The notes beneath the pieces are model-generated. The model saw only the letters and a list, made by a program, of their open reading frames with translations, had not been told where the DNA came from and ran no database searches. This document shows positions 46,464 to 58,444 of a stretch of 64,000 nucleotides of DNA, in pieces; within the stretch, counting starts at the first letter, position 1; each line of letters begins with the position of its first letter. The stretch covers positions 682,001 through 746,000 of the forward strand of contig BCGN01000002.1 in NCBI GenBank assembly GCA_001599295.1. The letters are read 5' to 3'. The translations under genes and the position numbers were made by a program. This DNA is from Sporopachydermia quercuum (lineage: Eukaryota).

Positions 46464-48662
46464 TCAAATCTTTGCTTTAGTACTAACGCTCTCCAACAGA
46501 GGACCTTCCTTATACAAAAGATCAAATTCTTGTTTGAAAACCTTGCAAGCAGGTGCACGCTTGATTTTGAATGTAGGAGTAAGACAATTGTTATCAATAG
46601 TCATTGGTTCAATCTTTAGAATAACATTCTTTAACAATTCGTACGGCAATAGTTTTGCTGCCTTAACATTCTTATTTATTAAAGCAAGAACTGATGATCT
46701 GATTTCCTTAACCTCAAACGATTCATTCAAAGCTTGTGTATTGGCAGGATCGATTTGAATACCATGACTTGCGTTCAAGAAGTGTGCATACTGAACAGCA
46801 TCAACGCCCAATAAACCAACAAGATAAGATTGGAAAGAGTCACCATAGCAAAGAATTTGCGTCAGAATAGGATTATAAGAAAGATACTTGTTTTCAATCT
46901 TTTCAGGAGCAATGTATTCACCTTGTGCTAATTTGAAGAAATTTTTAACTCTGTCGAATATATGAACTCTTCCTTCACGATCAATTCTAGCAATATCACC
47001 AGTATGGAAAAATCCATCAGCATCAAATGATTTATCGGTTTCTTCTTCATTCTTCCAATAGCCTTTGAATATTTGAGGACCTCTTAACATGAGTTCTCCT
47101 TTTGGTCCTTCTGGATCAGATGACGTGTAATTCATTTCAGGAACATCTCTTAACCTCATTTCACAGGTTACGCCAATAGGACCACAGGAACCAACAACAG
47201 GATCATAGATTCTAGTAATGCAAATACCAGAAAACGATTCAGTCAAACCATAACCTTGATAGAATTGGGCAGAGAAAATGCCACTCAAGAATTTGATAGT
47301 TTCAGCAGCCAAAGGAGCTGAACCAGTTACAAATCCTTCTAACCGATCCAAACCAATCTTACGTCTTACTTTGTTAGAAACCAAACGATCCCAAAGGAAG
47401 TGACTTGGATCACCAGTTTCTTCAATAAGTCTGATCTTTGTTTCCATGGCAGCTCTACTGANCTTACCAGCCAATCCTTCTTTTGCAACCGATGCTTCCT
47501 TGATAGCATTCTCTAATTTATTGAATAATCTAGGTACACCACAAAATCTTGTAGGCTTGAAAATCTTGATGTCATCAAACAAAGTGAGTACTGATCCATG
47601 GGGAAAGCCAAACGTAAAACCAAGCACAACACCTGTACAGAAAATACTTCTTTCATAAATGTGTGCAAGAGGAAGGAAGGAAAACTGATGAACGTGTCCA
47701 TTATTCTCCCTCATCGATTCAAGAAATTGGTTTGTCATTACTGCAACAACAGTATCATGGGTTAAAACAACACCTTTTGGATTACCAGTAGTTCCAGATG
47801 TAAAAGATAAAGTGAATAAATCAGTTGGTAAAGGTGGATTGTGAGGTCTCACATTTTTTACCCCGATCAATTCAACTTCGTCAAAATCATACAAGCCAAC
47901 ACCAGCCTCCGACGCCAAAGAGCCAAGAATTTCTTTGGTTGACTGGCCTGGTTTATTATGAGGTGCACTATTCAAAGGATCCATAGAAACAATAGCCAAA
48001 AGGTTAGGTAACTGAGGCTTTAATTTCAACAATATTGGTACTTTGTCAAGAGAACAAACAACAACAGGAGACCCAGTAACCTCCAAAATATATTCAGATG
48101 CAGTAGGTCCAAGAGTATCATATAAAGAGACGTTGGCTAAATTATATGCATGACAAGCCAAGTCAGTAAGGGCCCAATGAGGTCTGTTGCTGGAGAATAA
48201 TGCTACAATGAATTTTTCGGTTTGTCCTAATCCATGATTATGATTCAAAATGTGGATCAAACCCGAACCAAAGTTTGTTCTTCGTTGAGCAGCCTGTTCA
48301 TAGGTGATGTAATGAAAATTTTTAGACCATTCACCAGTCACTGGGTTAAATACCCTCTCTCCAAGCATATTTCTTTTGGGATATTTTTGAACTGTTAGCC
48401 TGAATCCATCATAGATAGTTCTCAGTTCAGGATGAATAGCACTTATCAATAAATCAGGTGAATATGAGCTTCGGTAGATATTAGAGTAGCCAGTTTTCTC
48501 CGTACCAGGAATGGGAACCGATTGAGGTTTATGAAAGTCTCTGAATTTTCCGCAGTAGCTTAAATTCAAAGCTTCATCGATGCTAGTCTTAGTACTAACT
48601 TCCTTAGGATAAACCGGAGGGAAATCCAAGATTTTCTTCCGAACTTCAGGTGAAAAATCCAT
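46464..48662 (-). CDS. FAA2: Fatty acyl-CoA synthetase, Faa2-like, probably peroxisomal
   Basis: FTSGTTGNPKGV, SFLPLAHIYER, GYGLTES, FHTGD, DRVKNFFKLAQGEYIAPEKIE; C-terminal AKI is PTS1-like. Confidence 0.85.
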   Translation of the reverse strand: MDFSPEVRKKILDFPPVYPKEVSTKTSIDEALNLSYCGKFRDFHKPQSVPIPGTEKTGYSNIYRSSYSPDLLISAIHPELRTIYDGFRLTVQKYPKRNMLGERVFNPVTGEWSKNFHYITYEQAAQRRTNFGSGLIHILNHNHGLGQTEKFIVALFSSNRPHWALTDLACHAYNLANVSLYDTLGPTASEYILEVTGSPVVVCSLDKVPILLKLKPQLPNLLAIVSMDPLNSAPHNKPGQSTKEILGSLASEAGVGLYDFDEVELIGVKNVRPHNPPLPTDLFTLSFTSGTTGNPKGVVLTHDTVVAVMTNQFLESMRENNGHVHQFSFLPLAHIYERSIFCTGVVLGFTFGFPHGSVLTLFDDIKIFKPTRFCGVPRLFNKLENAIKEASVAKEGLAGKXSRAAMETKIRLIEETGDPSHFLWDRLVSNKVRRKIGLDRLEGFVTGSAPLAAETIKFLSGIFSAQFYQGYGLTESFSGICITRIYDPVVGSCGPIGVTCEMRLRDVPEMNYTSSDPEGPKGELMLRGPQIFKGYWKNEEETDKSFDADGFFHTGDIARIDREGRVHIFDRVKNFFKLAQGEYIAPEKIENKYLSYNPILTQILCYGDSFQSYLVGLLGVDAVQYAHFLNASHGIQIDPANTQALNESFEVKEIRSSVLALINKNVKAAKLLPYELLKNVILKIEPMTIDNNCLTPTFKIKRAPACKVFKQEFDLLYKEGPLLESVSTKAKI

Positions 48663-50425
48663 GGTGATACTATTTTTCTTTCCCTTTATTGTTGTTGAAA
48701 GTGGTACTTATTAATACACCCCACGTATTGAACAATTATCAAATGAATGCTGTTTCTTCTCTGAATGTTGCTTCTCGTGTTCAGTTCTCTTCAATTAGGT
48801 TGAGATAAGTTCACTGAAAATAGCTTATTGCTGAGATTTACTTCGCAAGATATTACTGTAAACTTTCACATATAAATCAAGCATCAGACATGCTATTATT
48901 CATATACTTATTAATATAACAGTATTCATACCATCATGGATGAATTGACAGTTCATTCAAAACAATGCGGGCCGTTGAAAATATATACATTTTTTCACAA
49001 ATTCTTTGGCAAGTAGCTCTCAATTCGTATGTACGGAACAAACAAAGAGGAGATTTAATATACGGAACATGTGATCTGGGGTATGCCATGCAATGGGCTT
49101 AGGAAAGGGGGGTATGACGCGTGATACGATTGAACGAGTTCGGTAGACAGAAAAGAGATACTCGCGAGGCAGTATCAATGCAGATAAAGACATATTTTTG
49201 ATTCGTTGCTTCTGTTAACAGTTGAATTTCTGAGTATTCAGTATTTGAGGGCTAAACTGCAAAATAACTGAATTTTTCAACTATGACTTTATACAATCAG
49301 ACGAATAGAAAGACACCCAACACTATCAATAGATGATTCATTGAAGCCTTTCAAACATCAAGTCTCACTTCAAATAGTAGATAAACGAGATTGTGCATGT
49401 ACGGATAACTATTCCAACCATCTACTCCTTATTACATTCCAGATTTCTCCAGATTTCTGCACACTACCAATATCGTCATAACAAACTACTTACCTAGGAT
49501 TTCATCATGTTAAGTTACCGAGATATCCAAATAATCAATTCTTTGATCAATAATACTTTTGAAAGAAAGTCACTGCATTTACCTATCACTTTCCCTCTTT
49601 CAGTATCTNTTTACAAGGTTTTGTACCATCTAATAATTACCCCACATTTACTATCATTTACTTACGTACATTCATAAACTTTACTTGAATATTACCGAGG
49701 ACCCATTCATTTCTTTGCACATGCAAAGATATGTATTGATGGTTGAAAGTGCGTAAGAATGATTGATTCTATAGTCAAGAGGTAGAAAATGATGATGAGA
49801 ACAGCTAGGATAAATGAATAGATAGATAAGCGATATAGTGAAGTGTGCAAGGATGCATTGATAGTGGTTGTTTAGGAAGCAGACAATGAATGACGGAAAC
49901 GTGATGGGGATTAAATTGGGGTTGAATTGATGAGCCTCTGCGTGACATCATTTGATAGACATTAGTTAGTATGGCTTCTTGGATCTCCAAGGCCATCAAA
50001 ATACAGGTTTACAGGTTTGAGAAACTTTCTTAGTAGGAAATATAGAATATTGTGATCAGTAAGTTCGATCTAATATTGAGGAATATCAAAGAGTCAGGGG
50101 TGTGATCACCTTGACTGTTTATATATACGTTAGCGTTAGGTACACCAAGGACTAGCAGAATGACATGCCTAGGAAATGTAACTATTTTAGACTGAGTTGT
50201 TGAAATCGTAAACAATCTAAATGGTTTAACTACCGATTTATATTGAATTTCTAGTTTATCAATAACTTTCTTTACTCTTAATCAATTGTCAGTAGAACTA
50301 GGTAAACAAATATTAGTTGCTTGAAAATAGCGATATTGATATTAACAACAACATAAAACGTGATAATAAGTAAAATAATGAATATATAATAATACAGATT
50401 TCTCACCTGATTAATTGTTTGTTGT

Positions 50426-53400
50426 TTACTCCATGATCGTATCACCTTCTCTGTCAAGTGAAGCTGAAGTATTGTCAATAGAAACCACATTGGAATTGAA
50501 GTCTTGGCGAGAAAGACCAACATCCTCATCATCATCATCCTCATCATCACTCTCTTCGTCCTCCCTCTCATCTTCGATTTCACTTTCACCCTCATTTTCT
50601 GAATACCCTACAACTTTCTTGACGGGCCTCAGTTTGGTTGAAGTGGCTTGTTTAATAGCACTACTAGTGTTGCCCTCAGAAACATCACCATCACCGTCAT
50701 CATCACCATCAACAATAGCCTCTTGCTCCTCATTTTGTTCCTTAACAATACCTTCTAAGCAATTTTCTTCGTGCTTAGTATCTCCTACGTCACACTCTTT
50801 GTTTTCTTTTCCAGCGCCGGTGCTGTTTTCAGTTTCTAGTTCCCTGGACCTCTCTATTAGATGATAGATCGTAACCTCTGCTTTATTTATCATATTTCTA
50901 CTCACTGCATCGGTTAAAATATCTTGGTCCCTTAATTCTTGTAACAATTCCCAGTACTCATTCAACAGCTCTTTAGACATATACTCAGTGACAAAGATTT
51001 TGTTCACCCCAGATAGATACAATTTCTTAACAGATTTACTGTCTTCGTTCACAGCCTTCTGTAATAATTGAACTCCTACTTCCAATTGATAAGAGGAAGT
51101 TTTTACTATATCTTCAGATTGACTTGTTCCTTGGGCTCCCACCAACTTCAGGGGGTCGGTCCAATAAAGGAGATTTTGAAGAATTTGTGAAGGAGGAATC
51201 ATATCCTGTTTATTATCAAGACTCTCATAAGTATCGCTTAACCTTTCAATAGAATCAATCAAAATTTTGGTCACTTTTTCTTGATGACTCTTGTGAGAGA
51301 AACAATAGACAGGTAAACAGAAACTAAGGGCCTGTCTTAGTTTCAGATTGTCGTTCGTGCTGGGGTTGAAATAAGTAAGGATAAGCGTCTCAAATAGATC
51401 TTCATCGCTTAGAATGTCTGATAGGTACAGTTTACATAGACCTTCAGCTGCAATTGACTGGGCGTCGGGGAACTCGCTATTTCTTAATCCTCGATAGTAA
51501 AGTTTGTATAAACTCAAAGAGTCTATACCACTTTCAGTATCTAGTACTTTATTTCCATGAACACCAAGAATATCGGAGATGATTTGATAAGCCACAACCC
51601 TTATTTGTTCAGTTCCTTTAGTTGCGCATAATCCAAAAAGATACAGGTTTTCAATTGCAAGCTGAGTATCAATCAAACAAAATAGACCAAGACAACGAAT
51701 ACCATTTTCACGGATAGTTGCATCAGTTGATCTTACTGCAGGGGTAACTATAGTGTCAAGCAACGACATGAGTGAGATATTGGCTTCTAATGGCTGATCA
51801 ACAACTTCAAGTAGATGCTGCGTAATACCTAAACAGGTCATCACAGTTCTCCTTTGTTTCAGCTTTTGCTGTACCTGTTCAATTCCAGATGATGACGTTT
51901 CCTCTGCGTTGGAAATATCAGACACTGCAGAATGGAAGGAATCATTACTTTCATCACCAGCTGCATTATCCACCAAAGTATCTTTAATATCAGAAGTGAT
52001 TTCGCATGCCATTTGACAAAAATCTCTTTCGTTGATAGCAAGCATTCTAAGAACTCTAATCATTGAATTGATCAGTTTATCTGTAAGATCAGTGGAAACT
52101 AGTTCACTTCTAATCAATGCCAATACAGTTCTTCTACCAATTTCGTCGCTGAAGTCATATTGTTTAGCGATTAAAAATAACTGCTCGAGAATAAAGTCTA
52201 GTTCAGCCAAATCATTAGATTCAGCCTCATTGCCTGACAACAGTGCTTCTTTCCTTGCTTTGAAATAATTTTGAACACAAGAAGCTAAGTCAGTAGCTAC
52301 TGGGAAGCTTTTCTCGATTGCATCACTTAAATTATTCTTAGAACAGTATGTGTAGAATGTTCTTGCTAAGAAAGAAGTTTCTGCAGTTAATGAAGACCAA
52401 AATGAACTCTCAAATACAATCTTTGAAACAATATCTCTTCTATTTTCGAAGAACACTTCTAATGCAACTTCTGCAATGTTACTGTTCAGAACATCTAAAC
52501 GTTCTAGCAATTCAATCAAGTCGTTATTCACGTTTTCAATCCATAAAAATGAGAACATTTTACCTGCAGCTGAACGTACGCTTTCTTCACGATCTCGTAA
52601 ACCCCATTCCAAAAGTTTTTCCCTTTTATCCACACTTAAATACCTAAAATCACCAACCTCCGGAAGAATCTTGGAATAGACTAATTTTCTGTTGCTGGCA
52701 TTATGATCACGAGCTCTTTCCAAAAGATAAGGAAGAGTAGCATTTGATTTTTCTATATTTAATAATGCTGCTTTTCTCACTTCAGGGTTGGGATCATTCT
52801 GTAATATATTTAGCAACTTCTTAGTAGTCTCACTAAGGTTACTTCTGTTGTTTTCGTCCGCCGAATCAAATTGGAAATTAGCTAGACACAAAACTGCTTG
52901 TACTCTGACGCTTGATTCTTTGTCATAAATACGCTTATGTAGAGACCATAGTAAAAGTTGGTACAGTTCTTCATCTATTTCACCCATATTATGGATGATA
53001 GCCGCTAAAAGCTGACACACTCGATAACGAACGTTCCTATTCTTCGATTCAATCCCTCTGAGTAAATGTTGAATGAGAAAACTAACAAATCGAGAGGCAA
53101 CTGTACTTGGATTCTCTGCTTCTTTGGATTGGTCATCATTCCCACTTTCTTCAATTTGTTCCCTGAGAGATTTGACCAAACTTGAGCATAATTTCACGAT
53201 TCTATCCCCAACAGCCTGGGTTTTCTTCACCACCAATACTCGATTCACCAATTGGCAGAACGTATAATTGAATTGCTCTTCTAACTGCGCTTTAACAGCT
53301 TTTGATTGGATTGATCTCAAGATTGCCACTTGTTTTCTATGACTGGCTAGACCATGTTGTGCTTCTTGGAACTCCTGAGCCAAAGCCAATTTGATTTGCT

Positions 53401-53473
53401 CATTTTGTGTTAATGACGATCTTCTCTTACGAATTGATGCTCTTCTTGAGCTTTCAAGAGCAACAGCAGCCAT
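50426..53473 (-). CDS. YCG1: Condensin HEAT-repeat subunit Ycg1/CAP-G
   Basis: VRYRVCQL, DPNPEVRKAAL, LERARD, WGLRDRE, DFSDEIGRR, AEGLCKL, LRQALSFCLPVY; divergent from UTP4 as in S. cerevisiae. Confidence 0.93.
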   Translation of the reverse strand: MAAVALESSRRASIRKRRSSLTQNEQIKLALAQEFQEAQHGLASHRKQVAILRSIQSKAVKAQLEEQFNYTFCQLVNRVLVVKKTQAVGDRIVKLCSSLVKSLREQIEESGNDDQSKEAENPSTVASRFVSFLIQHLLRGIESKNRNVRYRVCQLLAAIIHNMGEIDEELYQLLLWSLHKRIYDKESSVRVQAVLCLANFQFDSADENNRSNLSETTKKLLNILQNDPNPEVRKAALLNIEKSNATLPYLLERARDHNASNRKLVYSKILPEVGDFRYLSVDKREKLLEWGLRDREESVRSAAGKMFSFLWIENVNNDLIELLERLDVLNSNIAEVALEVFFENRRDIVSKIVFESSFWSSLTAETSFLARTFYTYCSKNNLSDAIEKSFPVATDLASCVQNYFKARKEALLSGNEAESNDLAELDFILEQLFLIAKQYDFSDEIGRRTVLALIRSELVSTDLTDKLINSMIRVLRMLAINERDFCQMACEITSDIKDTLVDNAAGDESNDSFHSAVSDISNAEETSSSGIEQVQQKLKQRRTVMTCLGITQHLLEVVDQPLEANISLMSLLDTIVTPAVRSTDATIRENGIRCLGLFCLIDTQLAIENLYLFGLCATKGTEQIRVVAYQIISDILGVHGNKVLDTESGIDSLSLYKLYYRGLRNSEFPDAQSIAAEGLCKLYLSDILSDEDLFETLILTYFNPSTNDNLKLRQALSFCLPVYCFSHKSHQEKVTKILIDSIERLSDTYESLDNKQDMIPPSQILQNLLYWTDPLKLVGAQGTSQSEDIVKTSSYQLEVGVQLLQKAVNEDSKSVKKLYLSGVNKIFVTEYMSKELLNEYWELLQELRDQDILTDAVSRNMINKAEVTIYHLIERSRELETENSTGAGKENKECDVGDTKHEENCLEGIVKEQNEEQEAIVDGDDDGDGDVSEGNTSSAIKQATSTKLRPVKKVVGYSENEGESEIEDEREDEESDDEDDDDEDVGLSRQDFNSNVVSIDNTSASLDREGDTIME

Positions 53474-54298
53474 AGTGGTAGTTGTAAAATACAAGTCTTA
53501 TTCTCGTTCTTCTTGCATCAATATGGAGTCAGCGACCTAAATCTGTCTTAAATTTTTTAGTAATTATCGTTCTTCATCAGCTTGCTAGCACACAGTATAT
53601 ACCTTTTCGTTGATACGTCTCACGTTGACTCGTTTCAATGATCCGCAAATAGTATCAAGAGTGGACACTTAGCACTTATAAAAACATCAGATAACAATTA
53701 AATACGAACAACAACCAAACTATTCAGTTTTCCAACCTCCCTGTAATTAGTATATAAAAAGCAAGAGTAATACCTCCAAGCACTATGGAAATCATCAATA
53801 CTAGTATCAATCTCTTTTCTTTATACTATGTTTGTAATCATTAGTTTATACCCAATTAGGCAAAAACACATTTTAAGGCATAGATAAATATTCCTGTTGC
53901 GGTAGCCACAACAACCAAACAAGTTAAAGTACATGTTCCTGCAAGGCGATGCAGAAAATACATTACGATACATGCTCATGCAGTTACCCGGGAAACAAGA
54001 TTTTACTATTCTCTAACAAAAAAATTTTTGTATGGGAAAGATCAAAAGAACCTTTTGTAATGCTGTAGATGATAGAATCCAATTTATAGAAAAGAGATAA
54101 ATTATTATGCTTTTTGGAGTTAAAAGGATCAATCAGCTATTGGTCAGAACCCATATTTTGTTTAATACAAATATAAAGTCTTGTCTTTACAGGAAATTGT
54201 TTAGGTGGCCAGGGAAAGTAATTTTTACTTCAAAGTCAGTGGACCCTTCCCGAGGCTAAAGTAGGGAAAAGACTATTGATTGTACAGCACATAGCAAT

Positions 54299-56560
54299 AT
54301 GAGTTCAATCGATATCCATAGGTGCAGATTTGTTGATTTCACACCTCATACAATAACAGCCATAAGCTGCAGTCATAAACCTACGAACGGGGTGATTCCC
54401 AATGACTTAAGAATTGCTATTGGTAGATCTAATGGTGATATTGAGATTTGGGATCCACGGTGGAGTTGGGTTCACGACAAGACGTTACAAGGAGGGAGAG
54501 ATCGAACAGTTGAAGGATTAGTATGGACAATTTGGAACAAGGCCCCAAGATTGTTTTCTATTGGTGGCTCAACCGCTATAACAGAATGGGATTTGAATAC
54601 TGGTTTACCTTTAAAAACATATCGATGTGATTCAGGAGTTATTTGGTCAATTACAGTTTCTGATGATTATAGCAAGCTTGCTGTGGGATGTGATGACGGG
54701 ACCATTGTTTTGGTGGATATTTCAGGTGGACCAGGATCAATGGAATATCATTCAATGTTGCAAAAACAAAGAGCACGAGTCTTGAGTTTGGCTTGGATGA
54801 ATAATAGTCAAATCATTGGTGGATGTGCTGATGGAAGAATTCGGATCTGGTCAATAGAGAAGGAAACTTTCGGAAGGCTAACCAATACGATAAGGGTTGA
54901 TAAATCAAAGAAGGAAAGCACGCTTGTATGGTCAGTAGTAGCTTTAAGCGAAAAAGGCGTATTTGTTAGCGGTGATTCAACCGGAAGTGTAAAATTTTGG
55001 GATGCTAAACACAATACTTTAGCCCAAAGTTTTACAGTCCATGAAGCGGATGTACTATGTTTAGCAGTAGATTTTTATGGCGATAATGTTTTCTCTGGCG
55101 GTGTTGATAGAAAGATTGTCAACTTCAGATCTGTTTCTAGTGAACAGAATCGCTCTTTGAAAAGATGGATTAATGCTTCAAGCAGGTTAGTACACGGAAA
55201 TGATATAAGAGCCATGACTTGCTATCAAGCTAGAGGTGTAAATTTCCTTGTATCTGGAGGTGTGGAACGTGTGGCAGTGATAAATTCGGTTTCTAATTTT
55301 GCCGAAGGCCCATTCCGTAAACTCCCAATCACAAGACAATCAACAAATATTGCTATTTGCAAGAATAAACGCTATATATACATGTGGAATGATCAACAGG
55401 TTAAAATATGGAAATTATATGGCGGTAATAAATCAGAAGATCAAAACAAGAAAGGCCGAAGGTTGGTTTCCAAAATCAATCTTACAGAGGATGAGAATAT
55501 ATCAACTGTTGCTATGACTGCTGATGGTTCCTTGCTATCAATTTCAACATTAGCATCAACTAAAGTTTTCAGATTAACTCCTAGTGAAGATTGGAAAAAG
55601 TTAACTGTCAAAAAAGTGGCCAAAACCTCGCTTGTTGACATTGGATTAACTAAATCAGCTTTTGTAGGTGGATCGTCTACTCTAGTAGGAATTACAGTTG
55701 ATCAAGAAATGCTCATTGTACCAGACTTATCGATTGACGATGTTGAAGAAGTGGATAACGAAAAAGGTGAGCCCAGTTTGATTGAATTACCTGAAAATCA
55801 AGGAAATACTAAGACTAAACTTTCTTATGCAAATAGTGTTGTGATATTAGCAACATCTGCTGATGGATTGGTAGCAATTGCTCGTTACAATGGATCTGTT
55901 GACACTTTTTCTGTCTCTCCAGAAGGAGAGATTGAACATATAGCTACCATTTGCAAGCTTTCTACTCAGTGCACTTGTTTAGCGTTCACTGGAAAGGGGA
56001 CTGTTTTAGCTGTTTCTACTGACCACAAAATCCTAGAATTAAGCGTGCGGCCCAGCAAAGATGGATCAATTTTAACTGCATGGAGCAAGCGTAACTCTGA
56101 GTTATTGGCTGAATATTTCACCTCAGTAATTGACAAATGTATTGGTTCATTTTATCATCAGCATGATCCCAGCAGAGTCTGGATATGGGGAGCTAATTGG
56201 CTCGCTTTCATCAATTTAGATGAAAACGTTCCTTATAAACAAATCAATAGAGTTAGAAAGCATGATAGACTAGGCGTTCCTTTAGATAGCCTATCAGGAA
56301 ATGTGTCTGATGGTGAAGAAGAAGAATTCTATCAGTCCACTGCTTTAGATGATCTGATGATAACTTCTCGTTTCGATGAAAAGGAAGATGATTCTGCTAA
56401 GCAACAACTAAAAAGTCAACCTTTCTGGCTATCAAAGAATTACGGATCTTTGTTAATGGTAGACTCCTTAAGTGATAGAGAAATTGTAATGATAGAAAGG
56501 CCATCTTTCTATCTACCTATGCCATCAGCATTCAAACCAAAGCATAAAATTCAAATGTAA
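54299..56560 (+). CDS. UTP4: U3 snoRNA-associated WD40 protein Utp4
   Basis: DIHRCRFVDF, GRSNGDIEIW, RLFSIGGST, SGDSTGSVKFWD, HGNDIRAM, C-terminal IERP. Confidence 0.95.
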   Translation: MSSIDIHRCRFVDFTPHTITAISCSHKPTNGVIPNDLRIAIGRSNGDIEIWDPRWSWVHDKTLQGGRDRTVEGLVWTIWNKAPRLFSIGGSTAITEWDLNTGLPLKTYRCDSGVIWSITVSDDYSKLAVGCDDGTIVLVDISGGPGSMEYHSMLQKQRARVLSLAWMNNSQIIGGCADGRIRIWSIEKETFGRLTNTIRVDKSKKESTLVWSVVALSEKGVFVSGDSTGSVKFWDAKHNTLAQSFTVHEADVLCLAVDFYGDNVFSGGVDRKIVNFRSVSSEQNRSLKRWINASSRLVHGNDIRAMTCYQARGVNFLVSGGVERVAVINSVSNFAEGPFRKLPITRQSTNIAICKNKRYIYMWNDQQVKIWKLYGGNKSEDQNKKGRRLVSKINLTEDENISTVAMTADGSLLSISTLASTKVFRLTPSEDWKKLTVKKVAKTSLVDIGLTKSAFVGGSSTLVGITVDQEMLIVPDLSIDDVEEVDNEKGEPSLIELPENQGNTKTKLSYANSVVILATSADGLVAIARYNGSVDTFSVSPEGEIEHIATICKLSTQCTCLAFTGKGTVLAVSTDHKILELSVRPSKDGSILTAWSKRNSELLAEYFTSVIDKCIGSFYHQHDPSRVWIWGANWLAFINLDENVPYKQINRVRKHDRLGVPLDSLSGNVSDGEEEEFYQSTALDDLMITSRFDEKEDDSAKQQLKSQPFWLSKNYGSLLMVDSLSDREIVMIERPSFYLPMPSAFKPKHKIQM

Positions 56561-56955
56561 ACAGTTCATAGAAGAATATATTATTTTCACACATACTTTC
56601 TCCTTATATTCTGCTATCCTGGTATTGTTTTTCGTATTTTATGTGTTATACTTGATAGTAATTCAAGAAATGTTATATTTAACGTTTAAGCTTCTCATAC
56701 ATGATCTCGTAAATATTCAGAACCAGTAAACTAATGTAAACCTTACTTATACATGGAGATTCTCGTTTCCCTTAGCAGGATCTTTACAATAGTTTACTAT
56801 TTGAAGAAACTGCTGAACACTTATCATTGGTATTACTGTTGTTCGTAATTTGGTTGACGTTAGTTGTTTTGACCAATCTTTGAGTTTGTAGCTATAATTG
56901 GTATTGGTGATTTATAGAAAGTAGACAACTATTAACTGTTTAATTATAATTCACA

Positions 56956-57401
56956 ATGTCTGAGAATGAAGCAACGCGTCGAGCAGCGACGGTGGTATGT
57001 GATCAAGGGGAGGGAGTAAGATCTATAGTTCTATGCTTTGGTTCGAAATCTTCCATAGAAAGTAGGAAAGAGCGTAGCTTTGAATAACAGAAACAGTTTT
57101 GAACTAACCTGCTGATTATAGGAGGAAAAAGAATTGAACTCCTTGAAATTGTTCAGATCTTCACTAGAAGCTATCAATTTGCTATTAGGAGAGTTTTACA
57201 AGGACCTATCAGTATTCATACAGAACATGGAAGTCGTTGAAAGTACGTTAGAATGGTTGGCAAATAGTTTTTTAATTCTTTTTTTTGTTTCTAGACAGAA
57301 CATTTTAAATGGTGATACTAATTATGTCTCATTTAGATACGTCAGAATTGTTGGAAGCAAAGGCCAAAGATATCAAGAAAACCATACCGAGTAAAGATTA
57401 A
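56956..57401 (+). CDS. Unidentified 74-aa helical/coiled-coil protein; exons 56956-56994, 57122-57242, 57337-57401
   Basis: ACAATG start; introns GTATGT...AACTAAC...TAG and GTACGT...TACTAAT...TAG give an uninterrupted frame: MSENEATRRAATVEEKELNSLKLFRSSLEAINLLLGEFYKDLSVFIQNMEVVENTSELLEAKAKDIKKTIPSKD*. Confidence 0.75.
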
Positions 57402-58444
57402 TAGTTCCTATTGACTGATGTTGATGGCCAATTAAGATTTTGGCAATAAGCAGAGTGCTGGAAGTGGGAAGATACTGTCAGCAGATTTGAATGGTACAAC
57501 GAACGAAACAAAGTGTGGAACAAGGTGTGAAACAACTTTGTTGGATACAGTCTATGAAACAGATAAACTGGGTCTCAAATCAACCAAGCACATTCTAACA
57601 ATCAATTAATGTACCCAATGACCAAAAACCATGTGCTCAGCCCTCCACAATGCGGTTTTGACAGAGGATGAATCCAATCAATTTATAATAGCAAATCTCA
57701 GACTAGAAAAGAGAATATGCCAGATCCTCTGGCCTCTCATCGCTCAGGTGTATAAACGCATTTTTTCTTTCCTGCTACGGCAATAATTCAATACACAGTT
57801 ATTTGGTAATAATAACATGCCTTACTTAATATAATGAATTTATGGTCACATTCTGCATTCTTCTTCGCTCTAATATAAACATATAATCGAGTACCAGAAC
57901 AGCCAACAATGAATGAATAATTAGTAATATTATTATAATCATCAAAGAACAGCACATCTGTCCTAAAAAAATTATTCTCTTTTCTCTCTATCAATGCTAT
58001 CATAATCATCAGTAACAATATCTCCATTCATATATAAACCTCTTCCTATCTCCTTCTTTCTACCCATTCATTCATTCACTAATTCATTACTACACGTCCC
58101 AAATCCCATGTTTCGAGTTCCACTCATCTCTTATCCATTTCAATCTCCCATCGTCCCCTTCTAGTGGAACTGTAAAATAACGTCACCTTACCCTTTTAGG
58201 ACTGATTGTTCGTTTGTGCTTCTTACTGATTCAATCAATACAAACTAAAAATCATCATTGTACGGTCACAGCCTTATTCTTTACCAATTGTCTCATCTCC
58301 TTTCTAGAGCAACACTATAAAGGAATGACATGAATGCTTTTTAAATGTCTAGCAGCATATGAAAGTACACGTTATCTGACAATTGAATGTTTCTTGTTCT
58401 TTACTGTGTGTTAAGGTAAAATCTTGCATCTCAACGATATCAAA

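Noticed and set aside
50277..50406. Possible 3' UTR intron of YCG1 (GTGAGA...TACTGAC...AAG)
   Set aside because: All three signals deviate from those seen in supported introns, and there is no reading-frame evidence to test it.
57584..57641. Hairpin AGCACAT...ATGTGCT with an internal loop, as a possible H/ACA snoRNA
   Set aside because: No H or ACA box at the required distance after the stem.
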